A stretch of 64,000 nucleotides of DNA, from assembly GCA_951406725.2 (NCBI GenBank), contig OX597814.1, positions 27,094,001-27,158,000 on the forward strand. The letters are read 5' to 3'. Made by a program: the position numbers and the translations under genes. Below, piece by piece: positions 14,097 through 26,093 of this stretch. Under the pieces are notes generated by a model. That model worked only from the letters and a program-made list of their open reading frames with translations. It was not told where the DNA came from and ran no database searches. This DNA is from Octopus vulgaris. Its lineage: Eukaryota. The stretch's first letter is position 1. Each line of letters starts with the position of its first letter.

Positions 14097-16178
14097 TCAT
14101 TTAAAGTCCGTTTTCCATGCTGGCATGGGTTGGACGGTTTGACTGGGGACTGGCAAGCCAGGAGGCTGCATGAGGCTCCAATCTGATCAGGCAGTGTTTC
14201 TACAGCTGGATGCCCTTCATAATGCCAACCACCCTAAGAGTGTAGTGGGTGCTTTTTATGTGCCACCGGTATGGGAGCCAGTCAGACAGCACTGGCATCA
14301 GCCATGTTTGGATGGTGCTTTTTATGTGCTAATGGCACAGAAGCCAGTCAGGCAGCACTGGCAACAAACTATGCATGAATGGTGCTAATTGCATGCCACC
14401 AGCACGGGAGCCAGTGAGGTGGCATTGGCACTAGCCACAACTACAATTTCTATTTTTGGTTTCTATTTGATTGAGATTCTAATTGTGATTTTGATTTTGA
14501 GTTTTGATTTTACTTGACTCAATAGGTCTCCTCAAGCATAGCATGTTGCCTGACAGTTCAAAGATACTTTTTAAATGGACTGGTTATGCGACACTGGTAT
14601 AGGCTATGGCTGCGGTCGCACTTTACTTGCCGGGTCTTCTCAATCACAGCATATCTCCAGAGCTCTTGGTCTCTTGTCATTGCCTCTGTGAGGCCCAGCA
14701 TTTGAAGTTCGTGCTTCACCACCTCATCCCATGTTTTCCTGGGTCTCCTTCTTCCATGGATTCCTTCCACTGTTAGGGAGTGACACTTCTTCACACAGCT
14801 CTCCTCATCAATACGCAGCACATGACCATACCAGTGCAGTTGTCTCTCTTGCACATCACATCTGATGCTTCTTAAGTCCAACGTTTCTTTCAGGTTGCTT
14901 GTATTCTGTTGTGTGTGCACAGTGACATACTAGCTTCATTTCTTTCAATGTATGTCCTCAACAATCATGGCCTATGTTTCACTGCCGTGTAGCATGGCAG
15001 TACACACACATGCATCATAAAGTCTACCTTTCACTCTGAGTGAGAGGCCATTTGTCACCAGTAGATGTAGGAGGTTTCTGAACTTTGCCCAGGCTATTCT
15101 TATTCTTGTGGCAATGCTCTCCAAGCATCCACCCACCACTACAGACTTGGTCACCTAGGTAGCAGAAGCTATCAACTACTTCTAGTTGCTCCCACTGGCA
15201 TGTGATGGAATCTGTTTTCTGTGCATCTTCAGTGTTTATTGCCCCTATGCATCTGCCTTACACAAAGGAAGGTTAACCTTCCTTTGATGTTGCTGCACCA
15301 CTCATGTGTCCACAGCTTACACTGGGTACATCTTATGGAGTTTCTACCTACACCTTTTCTACAGATTGAGCATTGCCCACTAGATAAGGGATTGGGGGAC
15401 CCTGTCAAAGGTTTTCTCCAAGTCAACAAAAGCCAAATATAGGGGTTTATCTTTGGCTAGGTATTTTTCCTGCAGTTGCCTTACCAGATATATAGCATCA
15501 GTGATGCTTCTACCTGACACCAAACCAAACTGCATCTCATCTAAGCAGACTCTCTCCCTAATTAGTTGGATTATGAACCTCTCCGTGACTTTCATCAACT
15601 AATCCAGCAGTTTGATATCCTGTAGTTATTTATCTAAAGCATCACCTTACATTTGTAGCAGTTGACTATTGTGCTGCTACACCAGTCATTGGGCATGACT
15701 CCTTCTTGAAACACCTGATTTACAATACGGGTGACAAGACCATAACCCACACCACCAGGTATTTTATGCATCTTAGCAGTGATTCCTGATGGGATGGGGG
15801 CTTTTCCTGACTTCATATCCTTAATTGCTTTATCTACCAGGGTGCAATCGATTTGGGTAGCCTATCCCTTGACTGGGTCAACATTTGGCAAGCTCTCCTC
15901 CTCCCATTCATTCTCCACATTCGCAGCCTTTCATAATGGCATTAAAAGCAAGTGCACCATTATCCATACAGATACATTTCTCTCTTGTAACATCAATTTT
16001 CTCTCACATACTGTCTTGAAATCCGAAATACTTCAGTTCTTTGGTCCTCACATCACTGAACATTGGCAAACTTCTTCTTCTTTTCTGCTTCTCCCTTGGC
16101 TATATATACCTGACTCCCAGCCTCGCTTCTAGCAATCTGGTACAGTTCCCTGCTGCCCCAACTCTTCCAGGTTTCCCA
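14093..16178 (-). mobile_element. 5'-truncated, decayed RTE-clade LINE (RT pseudogene, 3' UTR and (GAT)n tail)
   Basis: Frameshifted minus-strand fragments: MKSGKAP..SGITA, QFGLVSGRSITDAIYLVRQLQEKY...AFVDLEKTFDRVP, RIRIAWAKFR...MLHGSET, RQLHWYGHVLR...GRRRPRKTW. The 3' end ccgtccaacccatgc-agcatggaaa-cggac-ttaaatgatgat is shared with the copies at 57.6 and 63.6 kb. Confidence 0.93.
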
Positions 16179-17234
16179 CATATATAGATAGATAGATAGA
16201 TAATACATAAATACATATATGTATGCTCATACATAAGTGAACATAAATAAATATATATAAGCACTAAAACTAAACATATAGATGCATGTATTCACACACA
16301 AGTACACATTACATGTGCATATCCAAGCGAAAAAAATTATCAAAAAATTTGCAATTAAATAGAAACCTATACTTTTTCCCTTTTATCCTTGTTCAAAAAC
16401 ACATATATCTGTGATGTAAACATTTAAATGAATGTATCAATCCCACCCACATTATCTCTCTCTTTTTTCATTTATATATATATATATATCATATATATAT
16501 ATCATATATATATATATATATATGAATTTGGGTACATATGTACAAATGCAATTTTGAGTATCATCATATATATATATATATGTATGTATGTAAATAAAAA
16601 TGCATGTGTGCACGTGCACATGTGTGTGTGTGTATCACACTACTCGCACAATATGCACACACATAATATATTCTGTGAATTGATCTATATATGACCTGAC
16701 CCATGTCCCACCAACTTACAAAAAAGAACTGATTTAAAGCCATTGAATTCCATTATAAAACACAATATTCTAGAAACTCCCACCCTATCCCAGTCCACAT
16801 ATCAGGTAGTAATATAGATTTTAGCTAAATAAATAAATAACAAACTAAGATACATGCACAATTACAAATTTATTTATTTGTTTATTTATTTATACCTTCA
16901 ATCCTTAACTACACCCACATGTGAAACTTCTTTACTGAATATTCCAATTTCTTGCATTAAAAATCTTCCTACATACAAAGAATTCTAACAAAAAAATCTT
17001 TCTTGTGACTAATCACTAATTTTCCCATATTTGAGCATTCATAAATGCACCACAGGGATCTTCATAAGGATTTTCTATAGAAACTATTTTATAAAGAAAC
17101 ACTGAATCTGAAGAATTTTTGCATGTAAATGTATCTAATTCTTTTAAATTATGTATAGGTAGGAATTTTTTTTTTTTATCAGTACTGAAAGAAAACCAGG
17201 AGATGTGCTTATAAGCAAGCTTCAAGACACACAT

Positions 17235-17264
17235 ACATATATATATGCATACATATGTATGTGC

Positions 17265-17329
<65 letters not shown>

Positions 17330-17751
17330 TATACCTGTATACATATGTAATATATACATATATTTACAGACACACACACACACATATATATACATATACA
17401 CATACATATATATATTATGTATATATGTGTGTATTTGTGTGTTAATCCACATATTAGTATTAATTGACAGATTCTAAATGATTTATGATTATTTTCAATA
17501 TATATATATATATAATATGTACACATATATTTGCAAACAACAATTTGAGATTAAAAACAACAATTATCCAATTTACAGGAAGTGATTCATGTATCTCTTA
17601 CTTATCAGAAAAATTTACCTCTATGGGTTGGTTGATTCCTGTCAATTGGTTCTTGTTCTTCTTCAGTCTCAAATGTTTAAATTGAAATTTCAACTTTCAT
17701 TAATAATTCATGTGTGTATGTAAATGTATGTATATGCATGTATGTGTATAG

Positions 17752-17840
<89 letters not shown>

Positions 17841-17885
17841 AAAAAATATATACACACACACACACACACACATTATATGTGTGTA
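17235..17885. repeat. Two compound (TA)n/(CA)n microsatellite tracts (17235-17440, 17710-17885)
   Basis: Directly visible; source of spurious IY/HT ORFs. Confidence 0.95.
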
Positions 17886-19173
17886 AGTATCGTTTTCTGT
17901 TATAATCAAGCACTGTTTACAAAAATTCATATTTAAGCCATGTATTATTTAATGAAAATCATTAGTTTCTTAAGAAATTAATTACTTTATTGTTAAAAAT
18001 ATTATTTTTCAGATTATTTTAGAAAATTAGAAGAGGTTCTTCATTAACAAATAATTACATAGGTCTCTATATATATGTGTGTGTGTTTGTTTGTGTGTGT
18101 GTGTTTATATACATATATATGTATATATAATAGTATATACAGATGAGACTATGTGCTCAACACTGCATTTGTTGTTGGCCATATGAAATTGTAAATGAGG
18201 TTAAGAATTAGAACATAAGTCTAGGGCTTTTATGTTTAACTTCTTGCTAGTTTTAATGTGTGAGACAAACTTGAGTTACAGAGAGAGACAGTCAGAGTTT
18301 CAAATGTTTCAGAAGTAGAGTCAAATCCATATGGCAGGTCATGCACATCATCAGATAAAGCTCACTTTACTGCAACCATCACTTCCAAACCAACATTTTT
18401 TCTGAAGTCGTTGAAGCTGGGCATCAGCCACCTTAATTTTAATGGTCTAAGAGGATCAGCAAAAGTCATAAGCACTACTCCTTCCCCACCAATTCATACA
18501 TGGATAAACATGATCTGCTCTTTAATCTATTGAGTTGCAGAACAACAACTTGAAGAATTTGTCTTCATTTGGCTATACATCCAGAACAAGTCAATAAGAC
18601 AGGACCCAATGTGTTCTAAAGTAATTGCAAGTTGAGAGTTAAATCTGCAAATTAATGAAATACTCATCAATTAAACAGTACTTTTACTTACTATAGGAAA
18701 CTATAACATTTGTGATACCTATTTGCCATTAGGTAGATTAGGATAGATATTGGTTGTGAGAAACGAAGTGTGGATCTTAGGGGTAAAAGTTTATCAACCT
18801 GTTTTTCAGCATATATATATTATGGATTAGTTATAAGGTGGAAGACAGTGCCCATCAACTTCTGCATGGCTTCTGAAATTGATGCAAGGACAGGACTGGA
18901 AACCTGGTGGATCTGCTGTAGTCAAAGTCACTCAAGGATCATGTGATGGTGATGAACCAGGCACCAGGTTAAGTCAACCAGCTAAGTGAAAATAAAAATA
19001 AAATATAAAATTAGTTGTAGAAGTATTTTTATCTCAACGTTTAACTACTAGTTTAGACATATTTAAGTTACAAGATACAAAAGAACTACATAGAATAATA
19101 GCATGGCATAGTTATACAAATGTATGATGACTATCTTCGTTGAAGAAATTTATCTTCTCTATTTCCCTTTCAG

Positions 19174-19319
19174 TTAATGGAACTCAGTATCAAACCTCAA
19201 ATGGTATGCCAAGATCGAATCCCAGCTCCGCCATCAGGACAGGCCTGAAGTCATACATTCTTATAATCCTGACTCAGTTATTCACCATTTTTGCAATGGT
19301 GTTTCAAGTCTTCCAATAA
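19174..19319 (+). CDS. Terminal coding exon with GPI-anchor-like C-terminal signal
   Basis: Strong acceptor tatcttctctatttccctttcag|19174. The phase-1 join gives (V)NGTQYQTSNGMPRSNPSSAIRTGLKSYILIILTQLFTIFAMVFQVFQ* (TAA 19317-19319): small residues S-S-A, a polar spacer, then a terminal hydrophobic stretch with no cytoplasmic tail. Confidence 0.8.
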
Positions 19320-20974
19320 AAGAAAATGAAAAAAGGGAAAAGCTCATAACAATGCTACATCTCAGTGATCAGTGAACAAGGTACGAAAAAACGGCGACAA
19401 TTTTTTTCTTTTACAGAAATGGACGACGACATAAATTATTTCGTACCACTATTCTTTTGACATTCATTACTAATAATGAACATGAAAAAAAAAATTACCC
19501 AGAAAAATTCATTTTAATCAAATGGAAATCTACACTTTTTTTTTCTCTTTATCCTTGTCCAGTAACAGATGCAATGAATATAAAAATTATATAAATAAAC
19601 TTCTCAATAAATACCAACTCCAAGTAACAATATATGCAGTCAACAACCAACCAATCAACTAAGTAACATATTGAAAACTGAAAGTAAAGTATCCAATCAA
19701 ATCAAAACTAAGCTAACTGTATAAATACAATAATGGCTACTGTTGACAATGTCAAATTAAATATTATTATAACCTCTTGTTTCAATCTGAAATGCATATT
19801 TACACTAACAAACATACACATACATACACATGCATGCTCACACACATATATGCACACATTTTTTTAATGTGTGTAAATTTTTTTGAAACTTTTTGTGTTT
19901 TTTTTCTCTTCTTTGCCTTCTTTTACTGTCTCACTGCAAATCAGTTATGGAAAATAAAGTGAAGAAAATTAGTGGGTAAAAGAAAAAATTACCCACCCAG
20001 CCACCACCACCACTCCCCTTCTCCCCTACTGGCTGTAGTGACAGAACTTCGTAGGCATTCTCCCCTTCCCCCATTCCTTCCTCACCTTTTCATCTCAATT
20101 CTATCCCAAACTTTGGTTATGAACAATTCATTTCTGTATCTAAAATCTCTCTTATCTTCCCTCTTTTCCTAACTTACCATCACTTTCCTTCCTCTATTTT
20201 TCTAACTTTTTCCCTCTCCCTTGATCTGTATTATTTTTCATCATTTTTTCTTTCTTCCTTTCTCATTCTCTCATCACCCCTCCCCCTCTCTTTCTCATAT
20301 TTAATTTTATTATTGGCTGTGCAACGAAAGCTTCTGATTGGTTCAAAAATAAATAACATACAGACACATCATCATCATCAACAACTACAATAATAATAGC
20401 AAGAACACCTCCTGACATAACCCTCAGCATGTGGGATATTTTCATCATTTTTTTTAAACAAGCATTACAAGCAGTAAATGAAAGAAAAATTTCAAAGATG
20501 TGTGTGATGCAATCATATTTCAGAAAAAAAGAAAAATCAAAATGTGAATGACAATGGCAGTGTTAGTATGTATGAAATAAGAGCCCCAACGCCCTAAAAC
20601 ATAGGTTGTAAGAATAGAATTTCATTGAAAAATTATCTTTTTAATCCTATTCTATCAAAAATGCTGAATGTTTGTTTTGTCTGGTCTAATTTTTATGTTC
20701 TTCTCATCACCAGTTAACTCTTTTGAGTAGAATAAATGTAATTATTCCTTCCCCAACCACCACCACCACATGAATCATATGTGGCAGACATTGATCAATT
20801 GATCATTTTGGCTGGGCATCAGCCACATCTTTCTCAATGGTCTGGGAGAGTATACTTATTTCATAGGTGCTGCCTCTATATAACAAAATTTTTAAACTTA
20901 CATGAATACAATATTTCAGTGGTGTTCAACAGCATCACAGCACTCTCTACCACAATCACTACCAACAGATACAA

Positions 20975-21300
20975 TGCTTAACCTGCTAGAAATAGCGGCT
21001 AAATCTCCCTCACTGTCTTAAAAAGGGAAGGACACACATTAAATAATGTAGTCATAGATCCTCCCACTTCCAAAAAAAAAAGACGGGATGGTCATGGCTA
21101 GAATGCCTTTGATCATAGACGTGTTCAGTCAAGACTGACATAAAATTAAGTAACATTAGCAAGGGTGCTTCTATATAATCACTCAACCTGCAAGAAACAA
21201 CAGTCAAATCTCCCTCAAATTACACCCCCACCCACCGTCTTCAAAAACAGGGAAAGGACACATTAAATAATGTAGTCCTAGACACCCTTAAAAAGGCAGG
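20975..21300 (+). repeat. Two adjacent diverged copies of an unclassified interspersed repeat
   Basis: 'aacctgc-agaaa-a-c-g--aaatctccctc...gtctt-aaaa..ggacaca..ttaaataatgtagtc' occurs at ~20980 and ~21185. A reverse-complement copy lies at ~47310-47355 (gagggagatttggctgctattt...caggtc). Confidence 0.65.
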
Positions 21301-21304
21301 ATTC

Positions 21305-21455
21305 TTTTTATTCTTTTAGTGGTTTCAGTCACTAGACTGTGGCCATGCTGGGGCACCACCTTCAAGTGTTTCAGTTGATCATATCAACCCCCAGTACTTA
21401 ATTCTAGTATTGTACTTATTTTATTGTCTCTATTTGTCAAATCGCTAAGTTATGG
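21305..21455 (-). mobile_element. SINE 3' portion, reverse orientation
   Basis: Contains 'gactgtggccatgctggggcacc...atcaacccccagtactta...tacttattttattg', the reverse complement of the SINE core; a related stub lies at 53010-53048. Confidence 0.55.
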
Positions 21456-21774
21456 TATGGATGGTCAATGTATTTCGTGCATATGTACATGTCATATATA
21501 TATATATATATATATTAATATATATATATATGTGTATGTATATATATACACAAAATATGGGGGTTTAGTTCACAGGTGATCTAAACGATTAGGTACACTA
21601 GGTAAGTGCTGTAATAGATTACTAAGGTTCCAAGGTTGTAGCTGAGATGGTAGTTATAGAGCCATTGCAGATTTCCAATATAGTGGATATATAATTATTA
21701 AAGACAACAACAAACGTTAAGGCAAGGCAAACATCTCAAGTCATATACGTTATTATTATTGGAAAAAATTCAAA

Positions 21775-21830
21775 GTCTTATAGCTGTTTCTGGGATATCC
21801 AAGAGTATAGGATATTCCATCATCAGAGAC
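21775..21830 (-). ncRNA. Minimal type I hammerhead ribozyme motif (Penelope type)
   Basis: Minus strand reads GTCT-CTGATGA-TGGAATATCC(tatactctt)GGATATCCCA-GAAA-CAGCTA-TA-AGAC: stem I GTCT/AGAC, intact CUGAUGA and GAAA boxes, a stem II hairpin, and a palindromic stem III with one substitution (CAGCTG>CAGCTA). Confidence 0.75.
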
Positions 21831-21841
21831 AAATAGGGAAA

Positions 21842-21893
21842 GTGATGACAGAATATCCCATACTCTGGGATATCCGAGAAACAGCTGTAAGAC
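21842..21893 (+). ncRNA. Second hammerhead motif, 5'-clipped at the first core C
   Basis: Plus strand reads gTGATGA-CAGAATATCCCA(tactc)TGGGATATCCGA-GAAA-CAGCTG-TA-AGAC: intact palindromic stem III and GUA cleavage triplet, but C3 and the 5' strand of stem I are lost. Confidence 0.65.
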
Positions 21894-22913
21894 TGAATTT
21901 TTTCCAATAACAATAATGTATATGGCTTGAGACATTTGCCTTGTCTTAATGTTTGTTGTCCTCTTTAATAATTATATATATATGACATATATATATGTAT
22001 AACATATATGTATATATGCTTGAGTTTGTATATGTGTGTGTGTGTGTGTGTGTGTATGTGGGTGGGTGTGTCTGTGAGTGTGTATTTAATTGTATGTACC
22101 ATAAGCAATCCATACATCAGAAACAATGTGTTCAAATTATATCATAATTTGTATACAAATAATGCAGTAATGCAGAAAACTGGATATGTATAGAATGGGA
22201 ACTAAGAATTAGGGAAATAGGGAAATGAGCACCAGTGTAATAGTGAGTCAAGAATATGTCCTTCTTAAAAGTGAGGTGAATCAAAAATATTATTTTAGAT
22301 TACATACTTTAATAATAAATGTTACAATCAATCTTAAATAAATTTTTTTTAAAAAGACATTTTGAAAGAAAGAATGAAAGAAAAACAGAATGGAAGAAAG
22401 AAGTAAACAAGGTGAGAAAATATCTAAAATCAATATATGCAAACTTACACTAGAGACAAACTAATATTTTTTTTTCTAAGAATTTTGTGTCTATATGTAT
22501 GCATATGTGTGTATATGTTGGTTTGTGCATTTGTGTGTATGTACAAGCACATACACACAGATGCAGAAACCAACATAAGCATTTTTGTGTTTGTGTGTTT
22601 AACAGTGTAATACAATTTGGACAAGTGTTTATATGTGAAAACAGAATACTGAAAATGATTTTAAAAAAAGGCTACCTCAATCAAAATCAAAACTTTCCTA
22701 CAGAAACAAAGAAATATTGCAGAGGAATAAAAGAAAAGGGGGTTCAAATAATAATAATAAAAACAATGCAAAGAATACACATGGATGACGAATTAATCAA
22801 TAAACAAAAGGAAAGCAATGAAATATGATAAATATGTGTGCATGTGTGTTTATATATATATATATATTATACATATATACACACAACACATATACACACA
22901 CATGTTCACATAC

Positions 22914-22960
<47 letters not shown>

Positions 22961-24918
22961 CATGCATGCACATAGATATATTATAATATATATATATATA
23001 TATATATATGTTTGTGTAAGAGTGTATGTATATGTATGCATACATGTAATGTTTTTGAAAAGAGGTAAAACAGACAAATCAGACAAAAATTTAATAATTT
23101 AAAGTACTTAATATCAAAATATCAAAATTGTCAAGAAAGATTACAATGATTATTGTAGGTTTAACATTTCATCTTACTATTCTTTTATCAGTCAAATAAA
23201 GACCATATTTGAGTGGAAATATTCTACAATAATTACTTATTCCACATCAGAACAAGTATTTTATATCATGTCATTTAATGCACTCATTAAAATTGCATTG
23301 GAAAATATGACTGTTTAAAAATTTAATATCATTTCAACAAAGTTTAAGCAAATATTACAGTATATAGAAGGAGAAAACAAAACTAAATTAATGAATATGA
23401 TAGAGATAGTATATGAAAGGATGCAGTATAAAAACAGAGACAACTTATTAAAATATGGAGCTAAAATAAGGTTATTGTTTCAAGAGATAAAATCAGAATG
23501 TTAAGCAGCAAATCTTATATACAACACATCAAATGAATTACACAAGAATTTTATTCTTATATATAACAAACAAGCTATCATGTACAAACATACTTATCCA
23601 TGTACTGTAAGATAATCTGATATTCTCACATTTAAAAACAGAGGCACATCTTCACACACACACAATTTATGCACACTCATTTCAACACTTGCATGCAGGC
23701 ACAGTCATACACACACAAACTTATACATACATATGCATACCCACTCACCCACATATATGCATAATTGTATGTAAATATGCATATACTTGCATGTGTGTAT
23801 ATATATATACATGTGTTTGAGTGCTTATGTTTATGTATACAGTGATGAGCTACCAAAATTTTGACAAGTGGTTCACTGAAAACAATAAAATTTTGATCAC
23901 AGTCTGTATGAAAAAACATTCCAATATCAATAATGTATTATCACTTCATTATGAGGGTCATGAAATATAATCTTAAAATAGAGTAAAATCCAGAGTCTGG
24001 GGGAAACTAACAATGCTCTGCATTGACAAAAGTCATTAAAACAAGAGGTCTGACAATTATAATTGTTTATTTGTTAGGAGGGGGCTTAATATATAATCCC
24101 TTGTAGCTTTAGAGTTTATCTGGGAGTGAAAAAGTAAGGGAAAATTGTGAAGTTGAGGGATAGATAGACTTAGTGGGAGAAATGTTAGATTCAGGAAGGG
24201 GAGAGAATGAACGAAGCAGAGTTGGGTCAGAGGATTCTTGAAATAACTAGTAAAGGTGTAGCAGTTAGGTGTCAAGTTAAAGGTATAGAAAAGAAGAGAG
24301 AGTTTGACAAGAAAATGGATAGATACAATATATGATAGATTAAAGGGAAAAAGAAAAGGATGATGATGCTACAAGGGCACAAGCAATACACAGCACACAA
24401 TTCCATACATACATATGTACACATAGACACACATGCACACACATATGCACAAACATTCATTAGTACACAGATACATATAAGCACTCATGAACATTTTCAT
24501 TTTCATTACAGCAAATAAACTTTACCAATCATCTTAGGTTAACAATGAAAAAAAAAATCTTACACAGCAAAAATCAACTATCCTTTATTGCAAAACAGTA
24601 AAATGCAACTGAATTGCAAAGGAGGATTGGAAGAATTATTGGACAACATGTCATAACAGTGGCACTGTAAATTTTCTCAGTAGATCTCTATTCAGAATCC
24701 AGTAAAAAATCAACAACCTATCTCATCTTAAAAACCATTTTAGTGACCAGTTTTCGTAAACCAATGCAAAACAGGTCTAGCTCACCACTGTATATATATA
24801 AATATATATAAGCATACACACAAACCTATACTATGCATACATAAATAACCTGATGGACAAACATACATTTACATACAATATAATTAATGACTTGCCTTCA
24901 ATAATGTATGTTGTTGGA

Positions 24919-24968
24919 GATGATGATGATGATGATGATGACGACGACGATGGTGACGATGATGATGA
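24919..24968. repeat. (GAT/GAC)n trinucleotide microsatellite
   Basis: Directly visible. Confidence 0.9.
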
Positions 24969-25371
24969 CATTGACATCGATGTCATTGAGCAGAAGGAAT
25001 TGTGTGATAATAAGAAGGTGGAGGAGGCGGAAGATATACACATAGTAGTTGTCAAGTTGTGATTTTGTGTTTGAATGTGCTAATGAACAAATAAAACCCA
25101 AATTCCTTTAAAGTCCTCTCTCTTCTCTTAGTGTCTAACTGCCTCTGCTCTATTCCACTTCATGTTTATCCCAACGACCCACCATGCACCAACACCTTCA
25201 CCTCTACCATCACTACATATCTTCTTTTCAATAATGATTTGTAAAGAGATTTTTAAAAGGAGGAAAAACAATTAGATAAGATCAAATGTTGAAATGTAAA
25301 GAAGAGATTTCAGAAAAAATATCCCTGAATATATTATCTTCTCTACCCACTCTCTCTCTCTCTCACACACA

Positions 25372-25466
<95 letters not shown>

Positions 25467-25600
25467 CTGCCTCTATTTTTTGTATTATTTCCACCATTTC
25501 ACATCCAATAAATATTGTTGATATTAGATACATCATTGGATAATCTACTTAAAGCTATGATATCCTGGATAGATTTAATACACTAGATAGTTATATATAT

Positions 25601-25665
<65 letters not shown>

Positions 25666-26057
25666 TCTACTTAATATATGCTGACTACATACCAAATAAG
25701 CAAAAGAAACCTACTAGTTTCAATTAAAATTGATGGTTCAAAGTTATCACTAAGTTAAAATCAAAAATTCTTTGACAGAAATAGAACGATAGAAAATGAG
25801 AAATCTCTTCATTTCAGAATAAACCATTTGAAACTTAGTCCCTCTGAAGTAAACAAAACAACAACAAAAATAATTATTCTTGCTCTTATTTCTGAAGAAA
25901 CAATAAAATCTTTGCAACTTTTCTTGAATTCCAAATTAGTAAATAAATTTTGATGATGTCATCAAAATTAAGAAATTAAAAATATCAATAATATTGAAGA
26001 TGATGGCATTGATGATAATAAATTTTATTATATAACAACATCAATGACAACAACAGC

Positions 26058-26093
<36 letters not shown>

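Larger units (their letters stand above)
21687..21978. mobile_element. Inverted repeat of Penelope-type terminal-repeat (pLTR-like) sequence; arms ~135-140 bp, spacer ~15 nt
   Basis: The left arm 21687-~21825 is the reverse complement of the right arm ~21843-21978, with mostly transition differences. Each arm carries a hammerhead motif. Confidence 0.8.

Noticed and set aside
24853-25062. Acidic poly-Asp ORF
   Set aside because: Built on a (GAT)n microsatellite, with no convincing splice sites linking it to the gene.
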